Origin: Rhizophagus irregularis
Lineage: Eukaryota
Direction of reading: 5' to 3'
Length of the DNA: 64,000 bases
Assembly: GCF_026210795.1 (NCBI RefSeq)
Contig: NC_089435.1
Coordinates: forward strand, 4,278,001-4,342,000
The first letter of the stretch is position 1; the number at the start of each line of letters is the position of its first letter. The notes beneath the pieces were generated by a model. It was given only the letters and a program-made list of their open reading frames with translations. It was not told where the DNA came from and ran no database searches. The position numbers were made by a program, and so were the translations under genes. This document shows, one piece after another, positions 39,575-51,521 of this stretch.

Positions 39575-42500
39575 TTAATTTTCATTACTTGATATGAATG
39601 CTTTATACCAAGATTTAATATTTTCATCATCATCACTAAAAGTTATCTTTTCTTCATCAACACCAGTACTCTCACTGAACCATGAATACAATTTTGTTTT
39701 TTTAAGTTCTTGAGATTTACTTATCCATTTTTTCATTAAATCGGAATCTCGGAGAAAACAAATATATGGTGAATCATTATATAATTGATTGCTAAAGGGA
39801 TCATCAAGCCTTTCATAATCATTAATAAGTTCTTCTCTATACATTAAAAGTCCAAGTTTACCATCTTCTTTAGCTTTATTAAATTCGCCACTAATAATTT
39901 TTTTTTTTATAAAAATTTAAAAAAAAGTTAAATTTATTAAAATAAATATATATCTAATAATAAATATACTTACTTCATTAATGCAATGATCATGTTTAAT
40001 AAAACAAGAACTAAAGTAACATGAGCTAAGAAGAATAATAACTTTAGCGGCCAATATTCATAAACATTCAAATTAAGTGTACTCCAATAGTATGTGGAAA
40101 GTATAGCGTTCCACATTGTATCAAAAGGATTATCCGGATTGGTCTCTGTTAAAGTTAAATTCTCAGTTTCATTTCCATTTTTTAATGTAAAAGTTGGATT
40201 TGATGGATTCAGATTAGTAAATGATGGATGACCAAAGAGAACAAACCTATATTTTATAAATATGAAAAAAAAATTAATTTTCTTTTAAATAGACTTAATA
40301 CAAAGAAAAAATAAGTAAAAAAAAACGTAAAAGTTACATTGAATGCCCAAATCCAATTGTTAATATAAGCATAAATCCGAAAAATGGTATAATAATTTTT
40401 AAAATATTTCCAAAAATAAATATGTTTATTGCCATAATTGAAAATAATCGTGACAATAAGAGCTTTAGGAAATAAATAATAAATTAGCATAAAAATTAAA
40501 AACAAATATTTGTTTAAAATAAAATTCATTAAACATTACCAATTCAATCCAAAGTATTAAGGTAGTTACTGATGCTGCAAGAATAATCCATTCACCGTAA
40601 TTTCCATTAAATATCAATATTAAAGTAAAATTAAACATACCCAAAACGATACTACTTAAATCAAGTATATTAAATAATGTAAAGTAATTGCTTTTATACT
40701 TCTTCATTTGCGAAAATTCAATCGCTAGTAAATATATTCCAGTATAGTAAAATAGACCAATTATATGTTTAGGTACAAATTCCCTCACATCACTAAAATA
40801 CAAATCCTCCTTATCACTTAAATACGACCACCAAGAAAGAAAAGAAAATAAGCCTAAAAATATAACGTATAAAATTAAAGGTAATATCCAATATTTTCTT
40901 GTTTGATTCCATCTTGAGTTCATAACTGCTTCCATAGCCGGGATATTAAAAAATGTACCTTTTTTCTTTTCAATTTTAAGAAAAGAACTAAATTTATTAT
41001 TATCTAAATTTTTGTAACCAGGTGGAAATAAGATTTTTCTCAAAAAATATACAATTCCAGTTTTTGCTTTAATTTTTGGATCATAAGTTGTAAAATTTGG
41101 AAGTGGAACCATATAAATATCGGACAATATATCATCACTATATTAAAGAAAAATATATCAATATCTGATTTAAAAAATAGTGAGTTTAGTTTAAACAATA
41201 TTTACCTTATTGTTGCATAATTGAAAATATTAAAAGAATTTATTGGTATAAGTCGCGTAAGTGGTACATATACTTTTAATGTATCCTTATTAGCCAATGT
41301 TTGAAATATATTGCTTGAAAAGTTATATTTCATTTCTCCGAAACAAGGTTTATAGTATAATGAATTCAAATAGTTATCTATATAACATTTTAATAAAAAA
41401 ATTTTAATAAAAAAAAAAAATTTAATAAATTAAAATAAAAAATCATTATATAATAATAATCATACCATAACCATGTTCGGATAATTTTGGCAGAATCTTT
41501 GTAACATTAATCATCCAACCAATATGAGCCATGGAATTTTCAGAATAATACTCTAATAAATATGCCAACATGACAGAATCTCGATCTATAGTAAATAAAA
41601 AAAACTTTTTAAATCAAGGTACATTAAATAACAATGATAAAAATAAACTTAAAAAATACTAACTTCGACGAGAATCACGAGATTTACATATTAATAAAGA
41701 TAATTCTAAATTATTAGCTGATTTTAAACAAAAATCCGAATCAACATACAGTTTCAGATACGATTCCAAATCATTATAATATGGATAAGAACCGTATCGA
41801 CTTTGGGGCCTATGTAACTTTTTAGCACTTTTCTCTTGAGGGTCATTATTATCAAATAGAATATATTTGATTAAAGAAAATGAACGTGAATAAATTAAGT
41901 ATGCCATTAAAGGATATTGAACTTCCATAAGTTTCCAATTATCAGGATACTTTTTAATGAAATCTTTAATAATATTTATAGTTCCACTAACAAATTTTTG
42001 ATTCCTTTTTTTAGAAGTAATATCCTTTGTATGCATATATAAATAAGTGAGCGATTTACATGCATGAGTTATAATAGTAGTCATATCATCATTAATTTGA
42101 AACTTTGGTGGATTACGCTCAATTATAAGAATATAAACGAGATTCGAATTCTCAAAATTTTTGAAATCATTCAAATTTTTGAAATTTTTAGACTTAGGTT
42201 TCCAGACTTGGATACTATTTTGACCAGTTATAAGAAGAGCACTCTTATCGTTATTAAGAAATTTACCAATAACACGCTTACTATTATTCTGATTCCATGG
42301 CTCTAAATCATGTGAATTATATTCATGCTCATCGGTCACCCTGTCACTTTCTCCAATAGTGGTCTTTTTTATATTTGTATCTAATATAATTCTAAATTCC
42401 TTGTCGTTAAGAAATACTATTGTCCCATTTGCTTTTGTTAAAATATGATAATATTCGCTACAATTCAATAGAGTTGAAATATCATTTTCTGATAGAGGAG

Positions 42501-43868
42501 TTTCTGATAGAGTAATATTATCTTTAGAAATATTAGGAAAGTAATCATTTAGACATCCTAATATAAGCCAAATATGAAATTTAACAGAACCATCTTTGTC
42601 TTTTTCGATAATGAATAATTTTTTATCTTTTTCAATAAATTCTAAAAATTTAATTTTACAAACACTGTCAAATCTTTTTGAAACAATTTCAAGGCCACTT
42701 TCCATTAAATAAAGTACAATGACATTATCACCATAAGAATAAGCAAATAATCTTGAATCAGTTGACACTGCAAAAATTCCAGGTTCATTATTTCTTGAAA
42801 TTAAAAAATCGTCTTCTCCATGATGTCTGTGAAAAACGTTCATCAACTTTGAAGTATTAATATTATATATTTCAATATATTGCATTTGTTCATTATCACT
42901 TGTGTCAGTCATTAAAAATTCCTGATATCTAGATTTCAAAAGATATTTCCAATTTTTCTCTGCATCTTTGACGTTTTCTAATTCTTTAAATAATTTCCTA
43001 GGTAACATATAGCTACATTCTTCAGATTTTCCATTTAGTTTAATATTTAATTTTTGTATTTTCATATAATTCATGCAGATAAGTGTTGCAATATTTGAAG
43101 ATCTTTCGGAATTTTTCAAAAAACTAACAATTCCACCAAGACGATAGTCACGGCGCATTGGGGTGATACGATTATTTCTAAATGAAAATTCGTAAAGTTT
43201 TGTCATCCCTTCGCTAGAACTCCAAGACGATAGAAATTGTTTATCAACTTTAAATCTACGGGCATAGAAAGAGTATAAATCGGTAATAAGTACCGTACAA
43301 AAAATGGAAATAAATACGCTCAGTGAGGGAAAGAACATAAATGTATCCATTAAGGGAAGGAAAATAACAATTAAAATAAAAAGGAGAAAAAAGATAACGA
43401 GAAAATAGCGACTGAAAGTTATAAATAATTTGTTAATGCGGTGTTTTACTAGAGCTAATATTATATTAGTTTTATTAATATTAATTTCTTTTTGATACAT
43501 GTCATTGTTAGTTATACAAGAAATTGCAACCAAGCCAATATCATTTCCATTGTCAATGATGTCAGAAACCGCTAAAGACCATCCAAGTAAATTCTTAGGA
43601 ATAGATGTTTCAAACCAATTTTTCTCGTGAAAGGATATTATTGCACTTGTCGTCACCTTTTTAATTACTATGGAATAGTTATCTGAAAATTAGAGGGAAT
43701 TTAACTTTTTAATTTTTTTTTTTAGTATACAGTAGTAGAAAGTCTGAATATATTTAATAATTTAACGTTACCATTACGTGGACTAAACTTAGCTACCATC
43801 GAACCATCTGGGCTAATTGCCACATAATCTATGTATGTATAGTTTCCACTTTCTATATCACTTCCCAT
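39575..43868 (-). CDS. TRP-like cation channel (8 exons, ~1239 aa)
   Basis: Exons 43868-43772, 43682-41664, 41585-41466, 41377-41206, 41137-40540, 40462-40338, 40246-39974 and 39890-39575 join in frame (3720 nt). N-terminal WD40-like segments (VAISPDGS, AVSTDSRLFAY), VPLPNFTTY, PAMEAVMNSRW, S1-S6 helices with FNILDL, pore region NPFDT..NAI and S6 LLNMIIALMN. Confidence 0.88.
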
Positions 43869-44535
43869 GTTTTTTTTCTTATATCAGAATACGAAAAGAT
43901 TTTATTTTCAAAAAATAAAATTTTTCCTTAAAAATTCTCGAGATTTATTTTTTGCTCTTTTAAGTTGGTAGATATACTTCATTTTTTTTTATTTCGGAGA
44001 AGTTCGGCGAATAGAAGTTATACAACATTCATTGTGTTGGGCAAATATCAATTTTCTTTCAATACCTTACTCTGGCTTTGCTAGAAAACTCCTTATTAGG
44101 CAATCGTGTTCACTGTCCAGCCACTAAAAAAAATCAGCTTTCATTTTTCTTCTTTTTTTAGAATTATTATAACGTATAAAAAATATTTGTCATCACAACA
44201 ATTTTTTTTTTATTTAAAAAATTTTGGTTATGGTAAAACAATAAAATATGGTAAATACTGTACATACAATTCTTTCATGATGTCGTAAGACATCATCCAA
44301 CATGATGTACTTTCTATAATATACTTTATGCGGACTTATCGGTTTCAAGTTACTTTTTATCAGCATGCCAAAATTTCCCTATAATTGGTAATTTCATAAG
44401 GTTTGGCTTTTTTTTTATCAAAATCAATAATTTTTTTTTAAAGACGGGTACATGCCCCTTTATTTAGTAACACTAAAATAAATAATAATAATATAATAAT
44501 TTTTTTTATTTCTTTTTTTTTGATAAATGACACTA

Positions 44536-44672
44536 CAGTCAACTCTCTATAAATAATTTCAGTGTTGGCCTTTTGGACTTTTGGACTTTTGGACCATTGA
44601 ACTACTGGATTTACCAATTCCATTAAAATTTGGACTATTGGACTATAGACTTCGTCCAATAGCTAGCAATAT
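44536..44672. mobile_element. Tc1/mariner-like end interrupted by a hAT-like MITE remnant
   Basis: TA|CAGTCAACTCTCTA (same end type as 56779-56846), then CAGTGTTGGCC at 44560 (identical to the right TIR of the 7663 element) and TTGGACT repeats. Confidence 0.55.
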
Positions 44673-45017
44673 GTATTTTTTTAAAAAAATGGAAACATGA
44701 ATGCTTTATTGATGATGCATTATAATCACTTAGTAAAAAAATTTTCCTAAGTGAAACTTTTTACCCAATATATGTGACCATTAAAATTACATGTAAATTA
44801 GTTTTTGGATTGATTTGTAGTGTTAAAAATTGGCATCTTTCATATACCCGATAGCCCTATTATAATGGTAGCCGATCAACCGTATTAATATCAATAGTGG
44901 TTAATTATTGCAATTATAAAAATTGTTTTATTTATTTTATTGTTTGTTACATGTAATTTTTCTATTGTTATAAGTACGCGTTATTCTACATGATTATATT
45001 AAATAATGATCTCAAAG

Positions 45018-45936
45018 TCTAAAAAAATAAAAACATTTAATGGTAAAACTAACATGCGAAAAAGAACTTATAATTTTGAAATTAAAGATTAAAATTACAT
45101 CCAATGTTCTAAATAAAGGAACCAAAAAGTCCGTCCTAAAAAAAGGAAAGGAAGGAATATCAGTTATGATATCAGTTATGTTTCTAAATCAACAAAAAAT
45201 TAACCCTTCCTACTTACAATTTTGAATCCTCCATATCCAAGCAACTTGAAGCCAAATCCTACAAAAAAAAAAGAAGAATGAAACGTTAATAAACGTTTCC
45301 TAAAAAATAAAGTTTTGATATATCAAAACTTACACTTGTTATCTCAGAATCAAAGCCCAGAATCTATAAAAAGTAAAAGAAAAGTATTAGTAGCCCATTT
45401 CCTTAAATAAAAAAAAAAAGAAAGAAAGAAATATGACATCTACCGCTTGAATGCTATTTTAAGGAGCTGTCAAGTGAAACCTACGAAAAAAGAATACATA
45501 GGAACGTTAATAAGCGCTCCTTAAATAAAAGTAAAAAAACAATTAAAAAATAAATGCTTTTACTTCTACAATGTGATAACATACCCGTGTCTTAAGGGTA
45601 TTTAGAATGCCAAAGCTTACTAATTTAAAAAAAATAAGAAGCATTAGTAGTGCTAAAGCTAGTGGCGAACTCCCTTCTGAAAAACTTACCATCTGGATCG
45701 TTATATCAGAAAGGTCAGAACCTACAAAAATAATAAAAGAAACATCAATACGTTTCTTAAAGTTTATTTCGAAACCCACCCAAAGAAACTAACTTACTAT
45801 TTAGAATTCCATACTTGAGAAACTGAAAACTATAAGAGTAAACAAAAAGAAATGTTAGTATATTTCTTTAGTTAAAGTAAAAAAATGAATTTATCAATCT
45901 CATAAATATAAAAGACAAAAGTCAAAAAACTCTCAC
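45018..45936 (-). ncRNA. Putative spliced micro-exon array with no open reading frame (lncRNA-like or decayed)
   Basis: Candidate internal exons 45829-45798, 45721-45690, 45619-45585, 45480-45444, 45363-45334, 45258-45218 and 45135-45099. Each is bounded by (T-rich)TAG and GTAAGT/GTATGT/GTAGAT/GTAATT. Introns are 70-107 nt, most with CTAAC/CTAAT/TTAAC branch motifs. The joined exons have stops in all 3 frames. Confidence 0.55.
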
Positions 45937-47270
45937 TTATTGATTCTTTAACAGAAATTTTACAGAGAAAAAAGACAGTTGAGTGTTATGAAGGTATTGT
46001 AGGTGGAGGTATTTTAGGTTTTTTGGAGTAACTAACTAGTCAGCTTTCTTTCTATACCTGTGACGAAATTTTTTGAGTTTATTAAGAACATTTTGGAGTT
46101 TTTACAAAAAATCATTTTTTGCAAAAAAGAGATTTTCTTGCGATAAAAACAAAAAAGCGGTGATTGTTGTGGAACATACGGATTGGTAAAATCAACTTCA
46201 GCAACGTGATGATCATGTGGAAAAAGAAGTCACTTTCGAAATTCTCTAGCAACGGATTTTGTCTGTTACCGAGAAGCTTTAAGTTTCACAAGTTTATTAG
46301 ACAAGGATGTCTATGGGATTTGGGAATGTTGACAAGGAATGTTTTTGCTCCTGGAGAGTGATTAAGTATTAAAGGTTTATCGTCCTCTCTTCATGGTTTT
46401 TAAAAATAGAAATTGAAATCCGCTTAAGATCTTTCCTAAGAAAGCAAAAAGAGAAGAGTAATTGGTTTAGTTTTTTTTTAGGAATTTGGTAAATCAAAAA
46501 ATAAAAATAAGGAGAAATAAATATAAATTTTTAAATTTTTTTTTAATTTTTATTTGCGATGAAATATTGTAATTAGAATATAAAAGAAAAAAAAAATTCT
46601 TTCCGAATTAGATCGTACAAAGTATATGATAAATCTGATAAATCTTCCAGAATTTTTACTGCGCAAGAATTTTCACTGTCCACAACGTAATCTCTATGAA
46701 AAAAGATAATAAATCAATTTTAAAATAAATTTCATATGTTACTAGTTATACGTGTTTAAATTTCTTTGATAGGAATATTTTGTTCGTTAGAAATCATATG
46801 AACAGGATGAACAGATCTTAACAAGTCTTTTAACAGATCTTAGTATTATTGAAAGTAAAAGCAATAAATCTTTTTTACTATTTAACTTTTGTAATTTAAT
46901 ATTTAATTTTGTGTTCTCGAACTATCATTAAACAAAATAAGATCAGTATAAAATTTATCTTAAATTATCTACTTAAACTATTATTTCTTGCCTTTATCTT
47001 TTAATGAGATTTAATTAGGGCTAAATACTCATCTAGTTCATTAAATAATTTTGATGATTGTATTATTTTTGAAAGTATAGTAAATTAGTAATTTATTTTT
47101 TTTTATAGAATTGCCAAATAAATAATACAGCCTGAACTTTGGAATTATAATATATGAGTATATAAGAAGGAAAATATTTTTTATTTTTATTCTAAGAAAA
47201 ATATTTTAATGCTTCTTTTTTTTTATTGTAATTACAATACAATATTATAATTATTATATAGTATTATAAT

Positions 47271-47466
47271 AGGACCCTGGAAAATACATAAATAGGTAAG
47301 GTCCAGCTAAAAAAATTTTACTATGGGCTCTTAGCATTTTTTCAGGGCCAGAACTATAATAATACTAACCAGTTTCTAAATTAAAAAATTAAATTTCTGG
47401 CTGGTATTATCTAAAAAGGAAGGAGCAACTTGAGATTTTACCTAATTATATATTTTTTAGGGTCCT
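47271..47466. mobile_element. hAT-like MITE, ~196 bp
   Basis: AGGACCCTGGAAAATACATAAATAGGTAA vs reverse complement AGGACCCTAAAAAATATATAATTAGGTAA. Flanked by ATTATAAT on both sides, which is palindromic, so the exact boundary is +/-1. Confidence 0.8.
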
Positions 47467-49129
47467 ATTATAATTACTATCAGTATTGTAATTAGAATAA
47501 AATGGCCAAATATTTAATTTAATAGTAAAATATTTCAACTTTTGAATTGCTATTACTTTATTAAAAATTACTTTATAGGAAATTTAAAAATATAGTTTTA
47601 TTAAGCTTAATCTGATTTATCATTATACATTTATACTTTATCATGTTTATTTTTTTTTTTAATTGAATAGTAGTAATTTAAATTTCATCAAATTTAATTA
47701 TTGAGACTAAGTTGTATGTACTGTAATAATAAGTTGCAACAGGATTCTAAACAATACTAATATAACTTATATTTAAGTTTGTTATATTAAAATTTTGCAT
47801 ATTATTATAAGGTATTTTCAAAATTTTATTATCTTATATATCTCTATTTTTAATATAACCAGTAATTCAATTTTAATAAAATTTATATTATTAAATTCAT
47901 CTTGATAAGAAGATTCTAATAATAGTAAATTGCATTTTTAGCTTTATATTGACAAAATTATACTATAAAATATACTGTATTTTTACTTCAATATTTAAAA
48001 TTTATTTGAGAGTTGTATTAGTATTATTTGGGATTTTATTGTATCTCTTACTATTACAACATAAGGTAGTAATTTTTAAGACTGTCAAATTAAGGTTACT
48101 GGAGAAATTAGAGGATTTTAGCAAATTGGAAAAATGTTAAAATAGCAAAACTTTACTAAAACTATATAAAAGTTGGTGAAACTCTAAAAAAAAGTGAAAT
48201 TATTATAAATACTAAAACTGCCAAAATTTTGCTAAAACTATAATAAAATTATAGAAGAAACTTAATTGTAAAATTTTGAAGAGATTTAGCCATTTAGGCA
48301 AGCAACTTTATGCCAAAAAAATATGAATTATACAACTAAACTTTGGAATTATACAAGTAAAAAGAATAATATTTTTATTTTTTAAAAAAAATATTTCTAA
48401 TGCTTTTTTTTTTTTTGTAAAACTATCAAATAAAAAATACAAATTATACAACTGAATTTTAGAATTAATATTCAAATATTAGAGAAATTTTATTAAATTA
48501 TAGAAAAATTTAGGCAAATTTTTAATATAAGATTTTGCATAAAAGTTACTGAAATTATAAGGTAAAATTTATATATAAAAAATTTTAAAGATCCTACTAT
48601 ATATAGATAAATTACATACAAAAAAGGAATGCTGCATTAAGTGTTTTGATTTTTTTCTTTTTAGTCAGTTAACCAATAAATTGCTGGTAAAATTATTTCT
48701 AATAAATAAATTTGACATTTTTTACAGAAACTTCTATTATAAATAAGTATGATCTTATTATAACCAATACTTCTCTTTAAATATTTTTATCATAACTCAG
48801 CATGGAAAAGGGAGTCTTGTACTCTTGTTAACATTTAAACTCATGGTATCAAAAAATAACATACTGGTTAGTGCATAAATAGGAATTATTTACCATCAGT
48901 TTAAATTTGTATGATTTTGGAATTATTATCACAAATTCTTTGAAGTCTTCAAGTATAACAAGCACACTAACAATAAGAATTACTTTGAGTTTATTCCTAT
49001 TTTATAATGGGAAGGGAGTATTGTCTTGAGAGTTTCTTCAGACATTTTAAGTATATAAATCTGATCAAGCAATCAGCACACGTGATCTTATTTAATTGTA
49101 GATCATAATTAATTGCTTTCTACGATAAA

Positions 49130-49270
49130 CTTCTATATCTCGGTAATAGGCTACTTAGATGATACAACCTGTCTTTCTCATTCACTGACATATATGGAAG
49201 AAAAATTATACACAGCCAACTCCTTTTACCGTATGGCAAAGATTAAAATCAACACTGATAAATATAATCC
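49130..49270 (+). pseudogene. Non-LTR (LINE) reverse transcriptase fragment
   Basis: ISVIGYLDDTT.L...L..MEEKLYTANSFY....IKIN.DK matches the YxDD palm plus the downstream IN..K motif of LINE RTs. Confidence 0.75.
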
Positions 49271-50595
49271 TAAATTACTCCTTATGTTCCATATCAATCA
49301 AAAACACGTGATGTATATTTCCAAAAAATTAATCATGTAAATGCCTAAAGTAGGCGAAATTTTATTGACTTTAAGATACGATACATAATGGTTCAGAAAT
49401 GATAGAGTTGGCAATGAGATGTATGATGCTACCAAAGAAGGAGAGAGTACGCGGATCCTAGGGAGTCCCAGTATCAAGTTATTTCTTTACTCTCTCAGTT
49501 TTCTTATAAATATATCTACAAAATTTTCTCACTCACACAGATAATATAGAAAGTATCTATTTTAGCTAAGTTCCGCAAGAGAGCTCCAAGATTAAGTAAT
49601 TTCGAATATACAAAATAAATTCGGAATTAGAAACTGAAGCAAAAAAATAGTAAAGGACAAAATTACCGATCCATAAAATTTACACCGCTGACGATGCTGA
49701 AGTCGATTAGATAAGATAATATCTCATCATGGGGAATTATTTTATGATACTGCGCCTATTATATGCGTGATTTTCTCAAAGGTCAAAATGCCGATACATA
49801 ACAAGAAGAGTAATATGTCTGTTTTATTCTGGAACATCTATAGAGGCGGGAAAATCGATTAACATCGCGATGATGTGTTCCAAGAAGCTATCCGAATAAT
49901 AAACCAAACATACCTTATTACTAATATACGAGTTCGTTTGATTATAAATATCGATGATACAAATAGTGGCAAGTTAGATTGGTTTTATTAGTTTCGTTCG
50001 ATTTTTATTTTACTTGCACGAGGCGGATAAAAGGGTTTACTAACTAAGGCCTCACTTTTTTATATAATTTGCAGTGTGTCTAAGAATTGATTTCGGAATG
50101 TTAATATGATCGCATCACGAAAATCAGATCAACTCGCGCTCCTTAAATTCTACCCATATGCGAAGATCAACAAGGGGACATCGGTTTAATCCGAAGAGTT
50201 AACATCTTGACTTATGTCAAGGGTATATGTTGGAACTTTCAGGAAAAAAATGATTGAGATGCCTTCCTGGATAGCAGCTCAGAATATGTATTCTTGTGCG
50301 ACAAAATAATGGATCACACGGCAGAATCTGTGTAACAACTGAAATATCCGCAAAATTCCCACAAATAAAATTTTTTCACTCTTTGTTCTGATGTCTAATT
50401 TGGACCAATAGCATTTCGCAAAAAATAGTATATAAGTCGAAAATGTCCATCAGACTTGTTAAAGAAAACACGCTCGCGAACGCTTTTCCTATCCATAATA
50501 GAAAAAAATAGTCTTATCGGTGACCTCAAAAAAGTTATCAAGACGGAAAAGGCACCAGAGTTCGACAATTTTCCTGCAACAGGCTCAAGCTGAAG

Positions 50596-51320
50596 TTGCC
50601 GGCGATCACGCCTAAGAAGAGTATTCATAAAGTATGGAGTCTAGATGATTTTGAAATAGGGAGACTTCTTGGCGAAGGTAGTTTCGGTCGTGTTTATAGA
50701 GCAATAGAAAAAACAAGTAATATGGTTGTTGCTATCAAAGAAATGTATATAGAAAAAATTATACAGGATAATATGGAAGAACAACTGGGACGTGAAGTGA
50801 AGATTCAGTCGCGTTTGAGACATCCAAATGTCTTACGCTTATATACACATTTTTACGATAAACATCACGTATTTTGGTGTTGGAATATGCCTTAAATGGA
50901 GCATTATATGATCATCTTCCATTTACAGAACATAAAGCAGACAATTATATGTCAAAAATAAAGATTTCGGATTTCGGATTGGCGATTCATTCAAGCACTT
51001 AATTACTTACCACCTGAAATCGTCAAAGAATTAGACTATGACAACAAGACGGATTTGTGAGCATTTGGAGTGGTATGAAAACCCCCTTTTAAGGTTGGGA
51101 AGGCTCCTTTTACGGATAAAGACGTAGAAAGAACCTATGAAAAAATTGAACTTGTTAATTATAGAATACCAAAACAATTTTCTTCAGAAGTTAGAGATCT
51201 CATTCGATCTTTACTTAAATCCAACCCGGAGAAAAGTTTGCTCCTCGATCGTGTTAAAACACACACATGGTTTATGAAGAATTTGTATCTATACATATAC
51301 AAGTTTTCTATTTTTTCGGG
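50596..51320 (+). pseudogene. Aurora-type Ser/Thr kinase pseudogene (intronless, frameshifted, catalytic loop deleted)
   Basis: WSLDDFEIGRLLGEGSFGRVY, VAIK and QLGREVKIQSRLRHPNVLRLY; after shifts, LEYA, KISDFG, YLPPEIV, YDNKTDL* and RDLIRSLL..NPEK. The HRD segment is missing. Confidence 0.88.
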
Positions 51321-51521
51321 TGCGAGAATCACTCCACAGAAGATATGATTGATTTAGTTCAAAAAATATGTTCCAATTGCGGATTACCTAATATTCTTAC
51401 ACAGGATAATAAATGCGCTGACTGTAACACCTACGCCGAAGTAAAAGTAAGAGTACGTTTGGCGAAACAACTTCGAGTGAAAAACATTCTAGAAGAAAAC
51501 AATATTCCATACGAAACTTAA
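51321..51521 (+). pseudogene. Fragment resembling giant-virus (NCLDV) Zn-finger / PD-(D/E)xK endonuclease proteins
   Basis: CENH...MIDLVQKICSNCGLPNIL...NKCADC.......RLAKQLRVKNILEENNIPYE (CxxH, CxxC, CxxC, RLAKQ). The resemblance is from memory and needs a search. Confidence 0.5.

Noticed and set aside
45543..45792. ORFs 45543-45779 (-) and 45607-45792 (+) as proteins
   Set aside because: They read straight through the intron-like A/T tracts of the micro-exon array and show no protein-like features.
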